Source: a virus
Taxonomy: Duplodnaviria > Heunggongvirae > Uroviricota > Caudoviricetes
Direction: 5' to 3' (one strand)
DNA: 64,000 nucleotides
IMG/VR virus record: IMGVR_UViG_3300041409_000458
This document shows, piece by piece, positions 1 through 8,190 of the stretch; positions within the stretch are counted from its first letter, which is position 1, and each line of letters begins with the position of its first letter. The notes under the pieces are model-generated. The model was not told the origin of the DNA, did not search any database, and saw nothing but the letters and a program-made list of their open reading frames with translations. The translations under genes and the position numbers were made by a program.

Positions 1-152
1 TCTTAACGTATAATTCGAGTCCTTCTTTACCTTCTTTAAATGTAAAGTGGTCGTTAAATTTCTCCTTGAATGACTTTGCAAATTCTGCAACATTATCAAT
101 GTTACCATCGAATATGTGGTAATCAATTATTACTGGTTTCTTTTGTGCTCTC
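1..152 (-). CDS. hypothetical protein, partial (N-terminus at 152, continues past window start)
   Basis: Minus-strand open frame from ATG at 152 (MRAQKKPVIIDYHIFDGNIDNVAEFAKSFKEKFNDHF...) with no stop before position 1; protein-like composition. Confidence 0.35.
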
Positions 153-548
153 ATTTTCTTGTTTTATAGTGTTAACTAATAATCTTAAATCGTTATACAT
201 GGAAATTAATCCTGCACGGTCATCAAGTAATGCAGAGAAGAAAGGTTTTTTACTTTCCCAAGGTAATGGAATACCTCCATCATTAATTGCATCAAAAGGT
301 AAATCATTTTTCTCAAGAAATTCTGCAACATACCCTAAATCTTTGTAAGCTGTCCAGCATACAAGTTTACAATCAATTGATTTCAAATCCTTCAGTAGTT
401 GCTTTACCAGAGGATATGTGTGACCAGTCCCATGATAGTCATGAATGGTATCATCAAAATCATAAGCTACAGTAATACTACCATATCTTTTATACTCAGA
501 TAATAATCTATTAAAGTTTGCTGTTGGTTCTAAATATTTATCACTCAT
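123..548 (-). CDS. HAD-superfamily phosphatase, 5'(3')-deoxyribonucleotidase-like
   Basis: 141 aa; N-terminal motif AYDFDDTIHDY matches HAD motif I DxDx(T/V); size typical of phage deoxyribonucleotidases. Confidence 0.55.
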   Translation of the reverse strand: MSDKYLEPTANFNRLLSEYKRYGSITVAYDFDDTIHDYHGTGHTYPLVKQLLKDLKSIDCKLVCWTAYKDLGYVAEFLEKNDLPFDAINDGGIPLPWESKKPFFSALLDDRAGLISMYNDLRLLVNTIKQENESTKETSNN

Positions 549-1366
549 ATTACTTTATATTGTGTTACATAATCGGTTACCGGAATACTTCCTCCAATTC
601 CAAATTCGAAAGTATTCAAATCATGATGAGAATTCGTACAGTAAATATGGTCAATTATCTTATGAAGTTCTATAAATCCTTTAGAGAAAAGTCCATGACT
701 CACATAGAGATAAACTTTCCGAGCTTTGTGTTCTCTTAGAGCTTTCCCTAATAACTCAAAAGTGTAACCTCCATCACATAAATCATCTACAATCAGACAA
801 TCTTTTCCTTCTACATCGTGAGTGAACATTAAAGTAATTTTTCCGTCCTTATCACGATGTTTCATAGCTCCCATAACTGGGAGATTTAATTTCTCTCCAA
901 ATTCAAAAACTTTCTTATAAGCTCCTGCATCTGGAGATACTAGTAATATATCATCCAATCCCGGAGAAAGCTGTTCATCACACATTTTCTGACGTATATC
1001 TGCAACAGCTTTCACAACGAACTCAAGAGAGCTTCTTTTCTTCGAGTTATTAATCAAAGCCAAGGTAACGTCACTGTGAGGGTCAAAGACTTCAACTTTC
1101 CAGAAGTTACAGCTATTAATTACATCTGTAATAATTTTTAAGTCAAAAGATTGGTCTGGACCAAATCTTCTATCACTCCTCTGTCCAAACATACAAGGAA
1201 TAAATAAATCATAATTTTCATGCTTATTCTTTCCTATTTCTCCTATTGCTGCTAAGAACATTAAATCCTCATAAGAGTTTAGTCTTTGTCTTATTACATG
1301 ACTATTGTCACCTTGTACCCATTTGGCAGATATCTGACCGTCAGGAAATCGTATCCTTTCAAACAT
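545..1366 (-). CDS. ribose-phosphate pyrophosphokinase (PRPP synthetase)-like protein; possible ADP-ribose pyrophosphate synthetase analog
   Basis: 273 aa; PRPP-binding motif DCLIVDDLCDGGYTF (type I PRTase/Prs signature); start/stop overlap with neighbours. Confidence 0.65.
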   Translation of the reverse strand: MFERIRFPDGQISAKWVQGDNSHVIRQRLNSYEDLMFLAAIGEIGKNKHENYDLFIPCMFGQRSDRRFGPDQSFDLKIITDVINSCNFWKVEVFDPHSDVTLALINNSKKRSSLEFVVKAVADIRQKMCDEQLSPGLDDILLVSPDAGAYKKVFEFGEKLNLPVMGAMKHRDKDGKITLMFTHDVEGKDCLIVDDLCDGGYTFELLGKALREHKARKVYLYVSHGLFSKGFIELHKIIDHIYCTNSHHDLNTFEFGIGGSIPVTDYVTQYKVI

Positions 1367-1369
1367 AAT

Positions 1370-1969
1370 TTAATATTTTATAAATGATAAAATTACCCTT
1401 AATTTCTCTAATTGTTTATTTTTGTTAGCACAGTTCCAAACATGACTTTTTGCTAACTTGTAAAATTCTGCAAAATCTTTTACAGATTTCCATTCTTTAA
1501 CAAATTTATTAGAGGAAGAGTATTCATATACCTTTTTCGGTACATATTTTCTATTCCATTTTGAAACATCTCTCTTTACTCCTCTTTTACTATCAGATAT
1601 TTTTTTTCTTGTCTCTTCTGAATAAGTTTTAAGATGAGTATTATAGAATGCTATTTTTCTTTTTGCTTCTTCTGTATGCTTCCTTCCAGCACAATTACCT
1701 GCAATCTTACAGATGTTGTACTGAGAAGGAGTATTATCTATCCACCATTGCTCTCTTGGAATTAAATTTTCTTCAGTGTCAAGCTTCTCTAAAATGAGGA
1801 ACTCAAAATTAGATTCTCCATATTTATTCCATGAGTTTTGAAGATAGGAATTGTCATGATTTCCATTCCTTAACTTAGAAATATGATAGTTCTTCCGTCT
1901 GTTAAATTTAACAGCAGAGCCAATGTACCTTTTCAGGTTTATTTTGTTTAGTATAGAGTATATTACCAT
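1370..1969 (-). CDS. GIY-YIG homing endonuclease
   Basis: 199 aa; N-terminal IYSILNKINLKRYIGSA ... RRKNYH ... NSW..YGE..FEF matches GIY-YIG catalytic motif; basic C-terminal DNA-binding tail. Confidence 0.75.
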   Translation of the reverse strand: MVIYSILNKINLKRYIGSAVKFNRRKNYHISKLRNGNHDNSYLQNSWNKYGESNFEFLILEKLDTEENLIPREQWWIDNTPSQYNICKIAGNCAGRKHTEEAKRKIAFYNTHLKTYSEETRKKISDSKRGVKRDVSKWNRKYVPKKVYEYSSSNKFVKEWKSVKDFAEFYKLAKSHVWNCANKNKQLEKLRVILSFIKY

Positions 1970-2037
1970 AATACTAATATACTAAATTATCCCGACATCA
2001 CCAAATTTAATCCGGATATTTTATTCTTTCAAACATA

Positions 2038-2508
2038 TTAACATTGATTTAGCTTAAGCTCATCTCTTACTCTCATAAGAATGATACCTAATTGATTTTG
2101 CCCTACTCCTCTACAAACTCCCCAGTAAGTGTCATTCCACCAGTTTGTTTCTTCAAGGTATTTATCTCCCGTTTCAAGCAGTTTAACTGCTAATTCCGGA
2201 TTTCTGCAGAATTTATCTTTGAGAATGTTATACATTATTTGTAATTTGACTTCTTCCCAATCATGTCTTAAAGTAAGTTCTTTTCCAGCTCTTTTAGCTT
2301 TACCAGCTTCCATAATTTGGAAAGGTTCTCTTTCAACAAGGAATTTGGTCTTAGCTGCCTGAAAGGCTGCCTCACTGTTTTTGAATTCCATGTCTTCAAA
2401 TACAATAACACAAGGCCAAAAGTTACTTAGCCATCTGTTTTCTCCTGCAAATCCTTTTATAGATGTACCGTTATTGACGTATTCATCTGTGTTTTGGTCC
2501 CATTTCAT
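2038..2508 (-). CDS. NADAR (YbiA-like) domain protein
   Basis: 156 aa; FLSNF, SEAAFQAAK, MYNILKDKF..NPELAVKLLETGDKYLEE and YWGV..G.N.LG motifs characteristic of the NADAR/DUF1768 family. Confidence 0.7.
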   Translation of the reverse strand: MKWDQNTDEYVNNGTSIKGFAGENRWLSNFWPCVIVFEDMEFKNSEAAFQAAKTKFLVEREPFQIMEAGKAKRAGKELTLRHDWEEVKLQIMYNILKDKFCRNPELAVKLLETGDKYLEETNWWNDTYWGVCRGVGQNQLGIILMRVRDELKLNQC

Positions 2509-2509
2509 A

Positions 2510-2986
2510 TTATACTTTTTTATTGCTTTTTTGACCTAATTTAAAGAAATATTCAAACAATCCTTCAAAACGCTGGTATATCCAATTCCACAAATCTCCT
2601 AAGAGGTCAGAGATTGCCCAATATATTAAAGATATCGGCCAGATAAACCACCACCTAAATACATTACCTTTTAGCTCATTAATAGCCCTTGTGGTGTAAT
2701 AAGAGCTTGAATCGTCTGATTTTGTATTTCGTCCATAAAAATAAACCCGAATTACAGCATAAATGAAGCCTACTCCGAGATATGCAAAAACATTAATCCA
2801 AGTAACAAATCGGAGAAGAGGAATATTTCCCCAAAAATGATTTACCAGAACAAAAGCAACTACTGCAACGAATGCAATACTTCCTTCCTCAGCACCTTCT
2901 GACCAGAAGAATGCAATAATTAGTGCTGCAAGGAATATGCAGAACCATACAAAGCTACCAAAGATAGTCAAAGATAATAAATCCAT
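2510..2986 (-). CDS. membrane protein (multiple predicted TM helices)
   Basis: 158 aa; hydrophobic segments FVWFCIFLAALIIAFF, IAFVAVVAFVLV, VFAYLGVGFIYAVI. Confidence 0.4.
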   Translation of the reverse strand: MDLLSLTIFGSFVWFCIFLAALIIAFFWSEGAEEGSIAFVAVVAFVLVNHFWGNIPLLRFVTWINVFAYLGVGFIYAVIRVYFYGRNTKSDDSSSYYTTRAINELKGNVFRWWFIWPISLIYWAISDLLGDLWNWIYQRFEGLFEYFFKLGQKSNKKV

Positions 2987-3300
2987 TATTCGTAATTTTT
3001 AATTGTTACCTCTTCTGCAATTAGATAATACATAATTGCTTTCTGAGAATAGTATTCAGCAGTTATATCTGCTATTTTTTCAATTTGTTCCTTAGTACAA
3101 GCTATTCTCACAGGAATCATCCTTTCTTTAAAAAGTTCTCCTGCAGATGAAACCCATTGACCTTTGATAGGTGGTATTATTGTTAATCCACCTGTAATCT
3201 TCCTTACTTTCGAATCCCACACCTTGTGATATCTCGTTCGAAAGGGTTTTCCTTCATTACTTATTGTTGGAACTAATATTTCATAGAAGAGCATTTTCAT
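2986..3300 (-). CDS. hypothetical protein
   Basis: 104 aa ORF, stop-start overlap with flanking genes (operon-like packing). Confidence 0.35.
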   Translation of the reverse strand: MKMLFYEILVPTISNEGKPFRTRYHKVWDSKVRKITGGLTIIPPIKGQWVSSAGELFKERMIPVRIACTKEQIEKIADITAEYYSQKAIMYYLIAEEVTIKNYE

Positions 3301-3704
3301 TCACAGTGCTTTTTATAGTTTTCAAGATAACTTTTGATGTTATGCAAACCCACATCATTCATAGAATGAATAAAATACTTTGGAAGAGGTTTCTTGTGCT
3401 CCATACAATACTCAACCAGCCATTTGGCACAATCCAAACCTGTCATCTCTCTATTCTCCTGCTTATTATATGTTTCCCAATCCATTGTATCTATCACAGA
3501 ATAGTGCTCATCTGCCAAATCATGGTCAAATGCAATCCATTCAGGTAGTCCAGTATTGCTAATTAAGTTGACGAATTCCTTGTAATCCTTACACGTAATC
3601 CACTTCATATTAAGAAGCATATCAGCATAATCAGGATGCATATAAGAAGCTGCTACTTTCGGTGTACGAATGTCATCTAAAAATAAATTATAGGCCATTA
3701 TCAA
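3297..3704 (-). CDS. hypothetical protein
   Basis: 135 aa ORF, tightly packed with neighbours. Confidence 0.35.
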   Translation of the reverse strand: MIMAYNLFLDDIRTPKVAASYMHPDYADMLLNMKWITCKDYKEFVNLISNTGLPEWIAFDHDLADEHYSVIDTMDWETYNKQENREMTGLDCAKWLVEYCMEHKKPLPKYFIHSMNDVGLHNIKSYLENYKKHCE

Positions 3705-4251
3705 AAAGTTTAATCAAGTAATCTCTCATTTCAGGATACATATCGGCATTTACACTTTTGAGAAAGTGAGGGTTTTCCTCCTTATATTTCTCAACCATTC
3801 TGCTTTTAGTCAATTTTCCCCATTGAACATTTGCTATTCTATCACAAAGTTTTACAAAGGTAGCACCTTTTGTATTACGAATTCCTTCATAGTACTTTTC
3901 ATTTGCTTTTTCTGCTCTGTTTTTTCCTTTTTCATTAGAGACTGCATAAATAATATCTGCAACTTCCTGACCTAACATTTGTTTGATATCATTGTAGGAG
4001 CATCTGGCATCCTCATAAAGGTCATGTCCCCAACATGCATCTTCAATTGTTGAATGAGTAATATCTACTATTTGAAAAGAGTTGTGGTAGCAAGACTCTT
4101 CTGTTGTTATAAAATTCTTTGGTAAGAGATGTTTGAAATCATTATAGACCTGAACAACCATTCTCAAGTGCATCTCATATGGTAGGTATTTATCATAATA
4201 ATGATTTGTTTTTTGGTGTCGTTCAATACACCAGCTTTGTGCTGTTTGCAT
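3688..4251 (-). CDS. HD-domain phosphohydrolase-like protein
   Basis: 187 aa; H...HD motif (CYHNSFQ ... CWGHDLYED ... KLCDRIANV) resembles HD metal-dependent phosphohydrolases (e.g. 5'-deoxynucleotidase type). Confidence 0.4.
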   Translation of the reverse strand: MQTAQSWCIERHQKTNHYYDKYLPYEMHLRMVVQVYNDFKHLLPKNFITTEESCYHNSFQIVDITHSTIEDACWGHDLYEDARCSYNDIKQMLGQEVADIIYAVSNEKGKNRAEKANEKYYEGIRNTKGATFVKLCDRIANVQWGKLTKSRMVEKYKEENPHFLKSVNADMYPEMRDYLIKLFDNGL

Positions 4252-4407
4252 CTTATTTAGGTTTATAGTGTTTAAGAAAAACAGAAAGTAGAACTAGGAT
4301 TGTTCCAATTACTCCTGTTAATACTTGGTCCTTAGCTATTGCATAGCCAATAAGTACACCTCCAACACAGTCTCCTGTATCTTCAATGAATTCTAACCAA
4401 TTTGATT

Positions 4408-4809
4408 TCATGTTTGCTTTTTTAAATACTGTGAGAATTGAAAGAGAGCTTCAAATATAGCTTCTTTCTTATTTGGAAACCTATGCTGAGTTCCATTCCA
4501 GACAGATGGTGTAGATATTGTTCCGTTACTCTTTATTACAACATCAGTCTTAACGATGTATATAGGATGACCCCGAGCTTCAATCCACTCAAGAGCATAG
4601 AATTGCCAGTTAGCATCAGAGTCATATTTTGCATGACGACCAAGCGTTTCAAGGCATTCATCTTTATCTTTCATTCCACAGCACCAATCTCCTTCTATTA
4701 AAGGATTATATATTGTTCCCTTGTAATATGGTTGTTGAATTTCTAACCAAGGTTCCACCTTAGCTCCTAGCATTTCAGCTATGGCTAAGTTCTTTTCTTG
4801 TGTTGTCAT
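4408..4809 (-). CDS. phage ABA-sandwich-domain-like protein
   Basis: 133 aa; N-terminal NLAIAEMLGAKVEPW resembles the conserved start of phage ABA sandwich domain proteins. Confidence 0.3.
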   Translation of the reverse strand: MTTQEKNLAIAEMLGAKVEPWLEIQQPYYKGTIYNPLIEGDWCCGMKDKDECLETLGRHAKYDSDANWQFYALEWIEARGHPIYIVKTDVVIKSNGTISTPSVWNGTQHRFPNKKEAIFEALFQFSQYLKKQT

Positions 4810-4820
4810 ATTCTATTGAT

Positions 4821-5087
4821 TTAGGGGTGATTGAGTACATCTGCAACTAAATCATCTATGTGAACAGTTGTTCCACCAGATTTAGCAGCTTCAGATAATT
4901 CTTTAATTAGATATATCATATCTATTTCAAGAGGTATAACTTGTCCATTTTGACAATTTTCCTCAAGAGAGTTTTGAGCTTTCTTCAGATTATCAAAAAT
5001 AAGTGGCTCTCCACTTCCATCGTCTTTACAAACAATGGACAGATTACCATTGAAGTTATCAAGTTGTATGTATGTCATTATATTCAA
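4821..5087 (-). CDS. hypothetical protein
   Basis: 88 aa acidic ORF. Confidence 0.3.
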   Translation of the reverse strand: MNIMTYIQLDNFNGNLSIVCKDDGSGEPLIFDNLKKAQNSLEENCQNGQVIPLEIDMIYLIKELSEAAKSGGTTVHIDDLVADVLNHP

Positions 5088-5742
5088 TTTTAATTGGTGT
5101 TATTGTATTAGTTTCAGTATTAGTGATTTTAAATTGCCAACCTTGCTTTCCTCCTTTCATAGAACTTGCTATGTTATTGTACTCATACTCTAATTCTACA
5201 CTTATAGGTACTTTTTGTAGAGATTTGATATATGATTCTTCAAAATTTATAAAAGCTTTATCCCATGAATTAGTTACTGAACTAAGCATTGATTTGGCTC
5301 TTGCCCCAGCTTTAAAAGCTTTTCTTACATCAGCTTCTGTGTATTGTTTTTGATTATTTGTACCTTTTATCCAATTTGGCAATATTTCTAAATGAGTGTA
5401 TGGTTTACAAAAATTAATAGCATCTTGTTCATCTATAAAAGTACAAACATGTATTCTTGAATTAGCTTTTTCACCAGCTTTTGGATTGTATACCTCAAAT
5501 ACATGTATATCTGGTAATGGTTCTTCAATTAAAGGAACTCCTTCAATACGAATACCTATAGAAGCTATTACTTTAAAATCAATATTATTTAATAATTCAT
5601 AATCCATTGCTGGACCATAAACACATTCATTAACAATATTATAAAAATAATCACCTTTTTTAGCTTCTTTATCAACTACTACATATCCTCCATCTATAGG
5701 AATAATAGAGTCTTGTTTAAATATTTTTGTCATTTTTGCCAA
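5059..5742 (-). CDS. hypothetical protein
   Basis: 227 aa ORF, no recognisable motif. Confidence 0.35.
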   Translation of the reverse strand: MAKMTKIFKQDSIIPIDGGYVVVDKEAKKGDYFYNIVNECVYGPAMDYELLNNIDFKVIASIGIRIEGVPLIEEPLPDIHVFEVYNPKAGEKANSRIHVCTFIDEQDAINFCKPYTHLEILPNWIKGTNNQKQYTEADVRKAFKAGARAKSMLSSVTNSWDKAFINFEESYIKSLQKVPISVELEYEYNNIASSMKGGKQGWQFKITNTETNTITPIKIEYNDIHTT

Positions 5743-6209
5743 GTTTTATTATTGACAATAGATGATATATTAGCAGATGTTATATTAAATTGTTGTGCTA
5801 ATTTATATCCATTACCATATTTGTAATTTTGTTTTATATAGATTATATCCTCTAAAGATAATTTAGCATTAGGATTATGTCCTATACCTCTTTTGATATT
5901 ACCAGATTTTAGAGCATGTGCTATATTCTCCACACCTGTAGACCATTCTAGATTCCAATCATTATTATTTAGTTTATTGCTATCTAGATGGTTAATTTGT
6001 GGTTTATTAAAACGATTAGCAACAAAATGTTTTCCTACAAGCGTGTGAACTAAAACACTTTTACCTCTAAGTCGTATTTGATAATACCCACTTGTATTAA
6101 TACCAGCACTTAATATCTTCTTCTTTTTACTAATTAGGCTCTTTACCTTACCAGTATTACTAATCTGATATTCACCTTCATATCCCATTACATCTTTCCA
6201 AATTTCCAT
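5730..6209 (-). CDS. HNH homing endonuclease (NUMOD4 + HNH_3 type)
   Basis: 159 aa; W..V.GYEGEYQISNTGKV ... VHTLVGKHFV ... INHLDSNKLNNNDWNLEWST..EN matches the HNH_3 homing endonuclease signature. Confidence 0.7.
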   Translation of the reverse strand: MEIWKDVMGYEGEYQISNTGKVKSLISKKKKILSAGINTSGYYQIRLRGKSVLVHTLVGKHFVANRFNKPQINHLDSNKLNNNDWNLEWSTGVENIAHALKSGNIKRGIGHNPNAKLSLEDIIYIKQNYKYGNGYKLAQQFNITSANISSIVNNKTWQK

Positions 6210-6210
6210 G

Positions 6211-6423
6211 TTATTTTATATTTTCTAAACTATAAGCATTTAATATAGAATCTTTATCTATAGGTTGATAAGAATAACCATTAGAAGCATCTTTCCAATC
6301 TTTGGATTTCTCCAGTATAGCTTCAGCTTGTGCTTCTACATGAAGTTTAGCAAATTCTCTTGCCATACTACCATAATCATCCCACTCGCCAGACATTTCC
6401 ATTTCTTCCCAAGTTTGTATCAT
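6211..6423 (-). CDS. hypothetical small acidic protein
   Basis: 70 aa ORF. Confidence 0.3.
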   Translation of the reverse strand: MIQTWEEMEMSGEWDDYGSMAREFAKLHVEAQAEAILEKSKDWKDASNGYSYQPIDKDSILNAYSLENIK

Positions 6424-6692
6424 AGTAAGTCTTTTAATGCTTGTTTAGGCTCAAAATGATTTAAAGTTTCTGAACTATTACTACGGATTAGATATTCTAT
6501 AGCTTTTGCTTCTATATCTTCTTCATCGAGAGATATTTGTTTATGAGTTAGTATGTTTTCGAGGACTTCTGTAGCTGTATCCAGTTTATCCCAGCTACTG
6601 TTTCTTAATCGTCTTTCGACAGAATCCAGATATCTTCTGTTATTCTCTATCTCCTTCTTAAGGCTCTCTAGAGGTATTAATAAATGTGTCAT
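6420..6692 (-). CDS. hypothetical protein
   Basis: 90 aa ORF. Confidence 0.3.
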   Translation of the reverse strand: MTHLLIPLESLKKEIENNRRYLDSVERRLRNSSWDKLDTATEVLENILTHKQISLDEEDIEAKAIEYLIRSNSSETLNHFEPKQALKDLL

Positions 6693-7465
6693 TTGCTGAA
6701 TTTTGCCTCAAGAGCTTGTATGAGTTTTGACATATTACCATCATAGAAGCCTGAGCAGTTTATACAATTGATTTCCAACACTTTATACTCATCTTCAGAT
6801 AGACAAATATCTAATACGAAGGCATCTGCAGGACAATATAAATCACAAATTTGCTGAGCAAATATCTGAGCTTCCTGATTATTGTCCATGTTCAGGTAAT
6901 TAACTCTTCTACCAATTTTGTATTGACTAATTGTCACAGGTTTACCGTCAACAATCCAACAGCGTATCTCCTGTTGAATTTCCTTTAGAGGAGCTATGAG
7001 AATCTGTGTTTCTGCTGTTAAAGTTTGTTTAAGTGAGCTATCCTCAATTTCCTGACTCCATTCATTCCAGCTTTCATGGGTAAATATTTGTCCACTGAAT
7101 TGCTTCGTATCCTTTGTAGGACGAGCAAAGAACAAATGCGGATAATCTTCTGGAACTTTATCTCCAAAATTGATGACTTTACCATCAGAGTTAAGCATGT
7201 GATTGCCATAATGAGCTCCATAAACAGTCAAATCATGGTTTTCATTATACATTGAGCCCGGATACCAGTCATATTTCTTAGCTACAACAGCTAAATTTGT
7301 GGACCCGAAAGCCCAAACGTTTTTACGGTCCGTTTTGAACTCAAGTTCATCAGTAAATGGACGGAAGGGTATAACTTCATAGTCCATATTATATCTCTTC
7401 AAATGCTCTATTAGAGTATTGAAGTGGTGCTCTCTAAAGAGATTCTCTTGAATGATGTAATACAT
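6689..7465 (-). CDS. ATP-grasp fold enzyme
   Basis: 258 aa; C-terminal EIRCWIVDGKPVTISQYK ... FVLDICLSEDEYKVLEINCINCSGFYDG typical of ATP-grasp ATP-binding/catalytic lobes. Confidence 0.55.
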   Translation of the reverse strand: MYYIIQENLFREHHFNTLIEHLKRYNMDYEVIPFRPFTDELEFKTDRKNVWAFGSTNLAVVAKKYDWYPGSMYNENHDLTVYGAHYGNHMLNSDGKVINFGDKVPEDYPHLFFARPTKDTKQFSGQIFTHESWNEWSQEIEDSSLKQTLTAETQILIAPLKEIQQEIRCWIVDGKPVTISQYKIGRRVNYLNMDNNQEAQIFAQQICDLYCPADAFVLDICLSEDEYKVLEINCINCSGFYDGNMSKLIQALEAKFSK

Positions 7466-8020
7466 TACTTCTGTTTTTGTAGCTTCTTAATAAATTTTTC
7501 AGCATCAGATATAAGTTTTGCTGACTTTTTATCTTCAGCTATTTGAGCTTGCCTGTTGGCTTCATGCTTTTCGAGGTTTTCACCATTATAGATGTCCTCA
7601 GCTATTCTTTTACCTTCAGTGGAGTTTTCTGCTCTGTAGGCATTTGGAGATTTGTACTTCTTAGAACTTCTGCTTTCTCGTAAGTCTTGAACATAGGTTC
7701 CAGATACATGAAAGGAGCACCATTCTTTTTGTTCTTTAATCCATCCTTCCCAACCTCCCATTCGGTGTTTCCAAGTTATTCCTCTCATATTACTTGTTTT
7801 CTCCAAGCATATCACCATTTCTCATGGCAATAACCTCGGCTGTTGGATGATTACCTTTCATACCGCTAATAAGTATAGCAGCTTTAAGGAATTCTCTAGG
7901 ATTTTTCCTGTAAAACTTACTGTCTTTAGCCCATAAATTCTTCATCTGTGACCTGTGACAGTTGTCTCCTTTTGCCTTACCTGCTGTTGAGGAAGGTCTT
8001 TCTTTTCTACTTTTTGGCAT
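7465..8020 (-). pseudogene. possible disrupted HNH-AP2 homing endonuclease (two overlapping ORFs 7790..8020 and 7465..7818)
   Basis: Downstream ORF has AP2-like RGITWKHRMGGWEGWI motif; upstream basic ORF has degenerate H-N-N-like residues (CHRSQMKNLWAK); the pair overlaps in different frames. Confidence 0.3.
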
Positions 8021-8190
8021 AATATTTGGTTTAAATAAGAGAATTTGGCTCTATTTCACTGCCCCATTTCTGGGATTCTTTTCAAACCAAGAGAGCAGAC
8101 GTGACTATCACACGCTGTGGTCGGTCTTTCCAGTGCCCTTTACCTGCTCATGGTTCCATTTTCTCTTAAGGTTTAATTCACAAACCTAGT

